Made by a program: the position numbers and the translations under genes. The notes beneath the pieces are model-generated. The model saw only the letters and a list, made by a program, of their open reading frames with translations, was not told where the DNA came from and searched no databases. Source: Salinispira sp. (GTDB taxonomy: Bacteria > Spirochaetota > Spirochaetia > DSM-27196 > Salinispiraceae). Taken from it: 64,000 nucleotides of DNA. Shown in pieces: positions 62,778 to 64,000 of the stretch. Within the stretch, counting starts at the first letter, position 1. The number at the start of each line of letters is the position of its first letter. The stretch is taken from assembly GCA_965602015.1 (NCBI GenBank), contig OZ271918.1, forward strand, positions 96,001 through 160,000, given 5' to 3'.

Positions 62778-63395
62778 ATGGCAGAAAAGGATTACGGGAT
62801 AACAAAAGACAATCTGGAGCGTTTGAGCAAACAGCTTTCAGTGTACCATCAGGAAGCCATCCCGGCGGAATACTGGCACGGATATTTGTGCGCCATCGCC
62901 CTCAGCCCCATCGCCGTGCCTGAGCGGGAGTGGATTGCCCCGGTGATGAATCGAAGTTCACATGAGGGGAGTGTTGAAACAGAGGAAGAACTCCGCGAGG
63001 CATTAAAGGCGATTATCGATTCCCTGCATCAGAAGCGATTTAAACCCTACTTTCCCGGGGATGATGCCGATTGGCGGAGCTGCAGCACTGAACAGTGGTG
63101 CGAGGGGTTTCTTACCGCCACCCATCACTGGCCTGGAGACCTGCAACAGAGCGCAAGCGGGGAACTGGTAGCTCTGACCCTCCCGGTAATTCTGTTTCAC
63201 AATCCCGCGGAATACTTTGAAAGTCAAGCTCCCTCGACCAGCGAATCTGAAAGGGAGGAGTTGATGGATCAGAGCTTTACCTTTCTTCCCGAGGGCCTCT
63301 ATGAACTGCCGGATTTGTGGCAGGAGGTCTTACAGGAACAGAGCCCTGATGATGAGGATCCCGACAGCCCGGACCCCTCGCAGCTCATGGAGTAA
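62778..63395 (+). CDS. UPF0149 / YecA family protein
   Basis: HGYLCAIALSP...EWI, WCEGF motifs; acidic; GAGG RBS. Confidence 0.8.
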   Translation: MAEKDYGITKDNLERLSKQLSVYHQEAIPAEYWHGYLCAIALSPIAVPEREWIAPVMNRSSHEGSVETEEELREALKAIIDSLHQKRFKPYFPGDDADWRSCSTEQWCEGFLTATHHWPGDLQQSASGELVALTLPVILFHNPAEYFESQAPSTSESEREELMDQSFTFLPEGLYELPDLWQEVLQEQSPDDEDPDSPDPSQLME

Positions 63396-63447
63396 GCACC
63401 ATTCGGCCCATTTGCGGTTGAGTTGAGTTCCTTGTACACTGATATGT

Positions 63448-64000
63448 ATGGAACTCAGCGGTTTTGAAAATCCCGTCGGTCTCATTATTCCCGGCTATTC
63501 CTTTTATGTCACCATGGAACTGTCAGCCGGCATTGATGAGGTTTTTTCACCGCTCGGCATATCCTGGATAAGTATTTCCGGGGGATATATCGCCGCAAAG
63601 CCCGAGGATGCTGCCAAGTCTTCGGATCATCGCACTCATGACGCTCAAGGCAACTGGATTTATGACCTCATCCCCCGCATCGATCTTTCGGGTGCAATTG
63701 TCTACGGCGGCGGATTAATCTACGACGTCAGCGATCTCTATCTGCGGAATATCATTGATTCGCTCCCGGGAATTCCTGTGGTGAATGTGGGAACCGCCAA
63801 TGCGCCGGTGCCCTGCGTTAATGCCGATAACTATAACGGTATGTTTCAGCTGGTCGATGAGGTCCTCCAGTCCCTTCAAGACCGGACGGAGGCACAGCGG
63901 ACCACAGTTTCCGACGGCCTTGTGTTCATTGCAGGCCCCAAAGGCAATTTTGAAGCTGACGAACGATTGCGGGCTTTTGGCGATGCCTGTGCCGCCCGGG
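63448..64000 (+). CDS. Protein with an N-terminal LacI-type ligand-binding domain and no HTH (partial; probable sensor fused to an output domain)
   Basis: Hand translation is open to the window end: NWIYDLI, IPVVNVG, VNADNYNGMFQLV, FIAGPKGNFEADERLRAF. Confidence 0.8.
   Translation, partial: MELSGFENPVGLIIPGYSFYVTMELSAGIDEVFSPLGISWISISGGYIAAKPEDAAKSSDHRTHDAQGNWIYDLIPRIDLSGAIVYGGGLIYDVSDLYLRNIIDSLPGIPVVNVGTANAPVPCVNADNYNGMFQLVDEVLQSLQDRTEAQRTTVSDGLVFIAGPKGNFEADERLRAFGDACAAR

Overview
Core-genome window from a free-living spirochaete. The lineage is inferred from 16S signatures (GGCGGCGCGTTTTAAGCATG; GCAGCAGCTAAGAATC), a tRNA-Ala-only rRNA spacer and groEL without groES. The left half (1-31 kb) is mainly housekeeping: argR, a FapA/DUF342 gene, PiT plus DUF47, an ANT(6)-like nucleotidyltransferase operon, an ABC-F ATPase, groEL, yajC-secDF, glgX, T-box-controlled thrS, an M32 carboxypeptidase, and a TIGR03546/TIGR03545 pair between two CDP-alcohol phosphatidyltransferases. 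The middle holds one rRNA operon (16S, tRNA-Ala, 23S, 5S) with long structured spacers, followed by a palindromic tandem repeat. The right half has a LacI-controlled alpha-glucoside cluster (ABC importer, glucosylglycerol hydrolase-like GH13, amylosucrase, TreS), an EAL/adenylate cyclase/MCP signalling cluster, a KamA-family radical SAM enzyme, YqgE, an IS1/IS1595-related element with perfect 22-bp inverted repeats, RluA, a SWIM-SNF2 helicase and UPF0149. The best candidate for something undescribed is a ~143-nt minus-strand small RNA at 58605-58748. It has a consensus sigma-54 promoter whose predicted +1 coincides with the first paired base, four hairpins with anti-Shine-Dalgarno (CCUCC/CUCCU) loops in three of them, and its own intrinsic terminator. 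All calls are by eye from motifs; no searches or folding computations were run.
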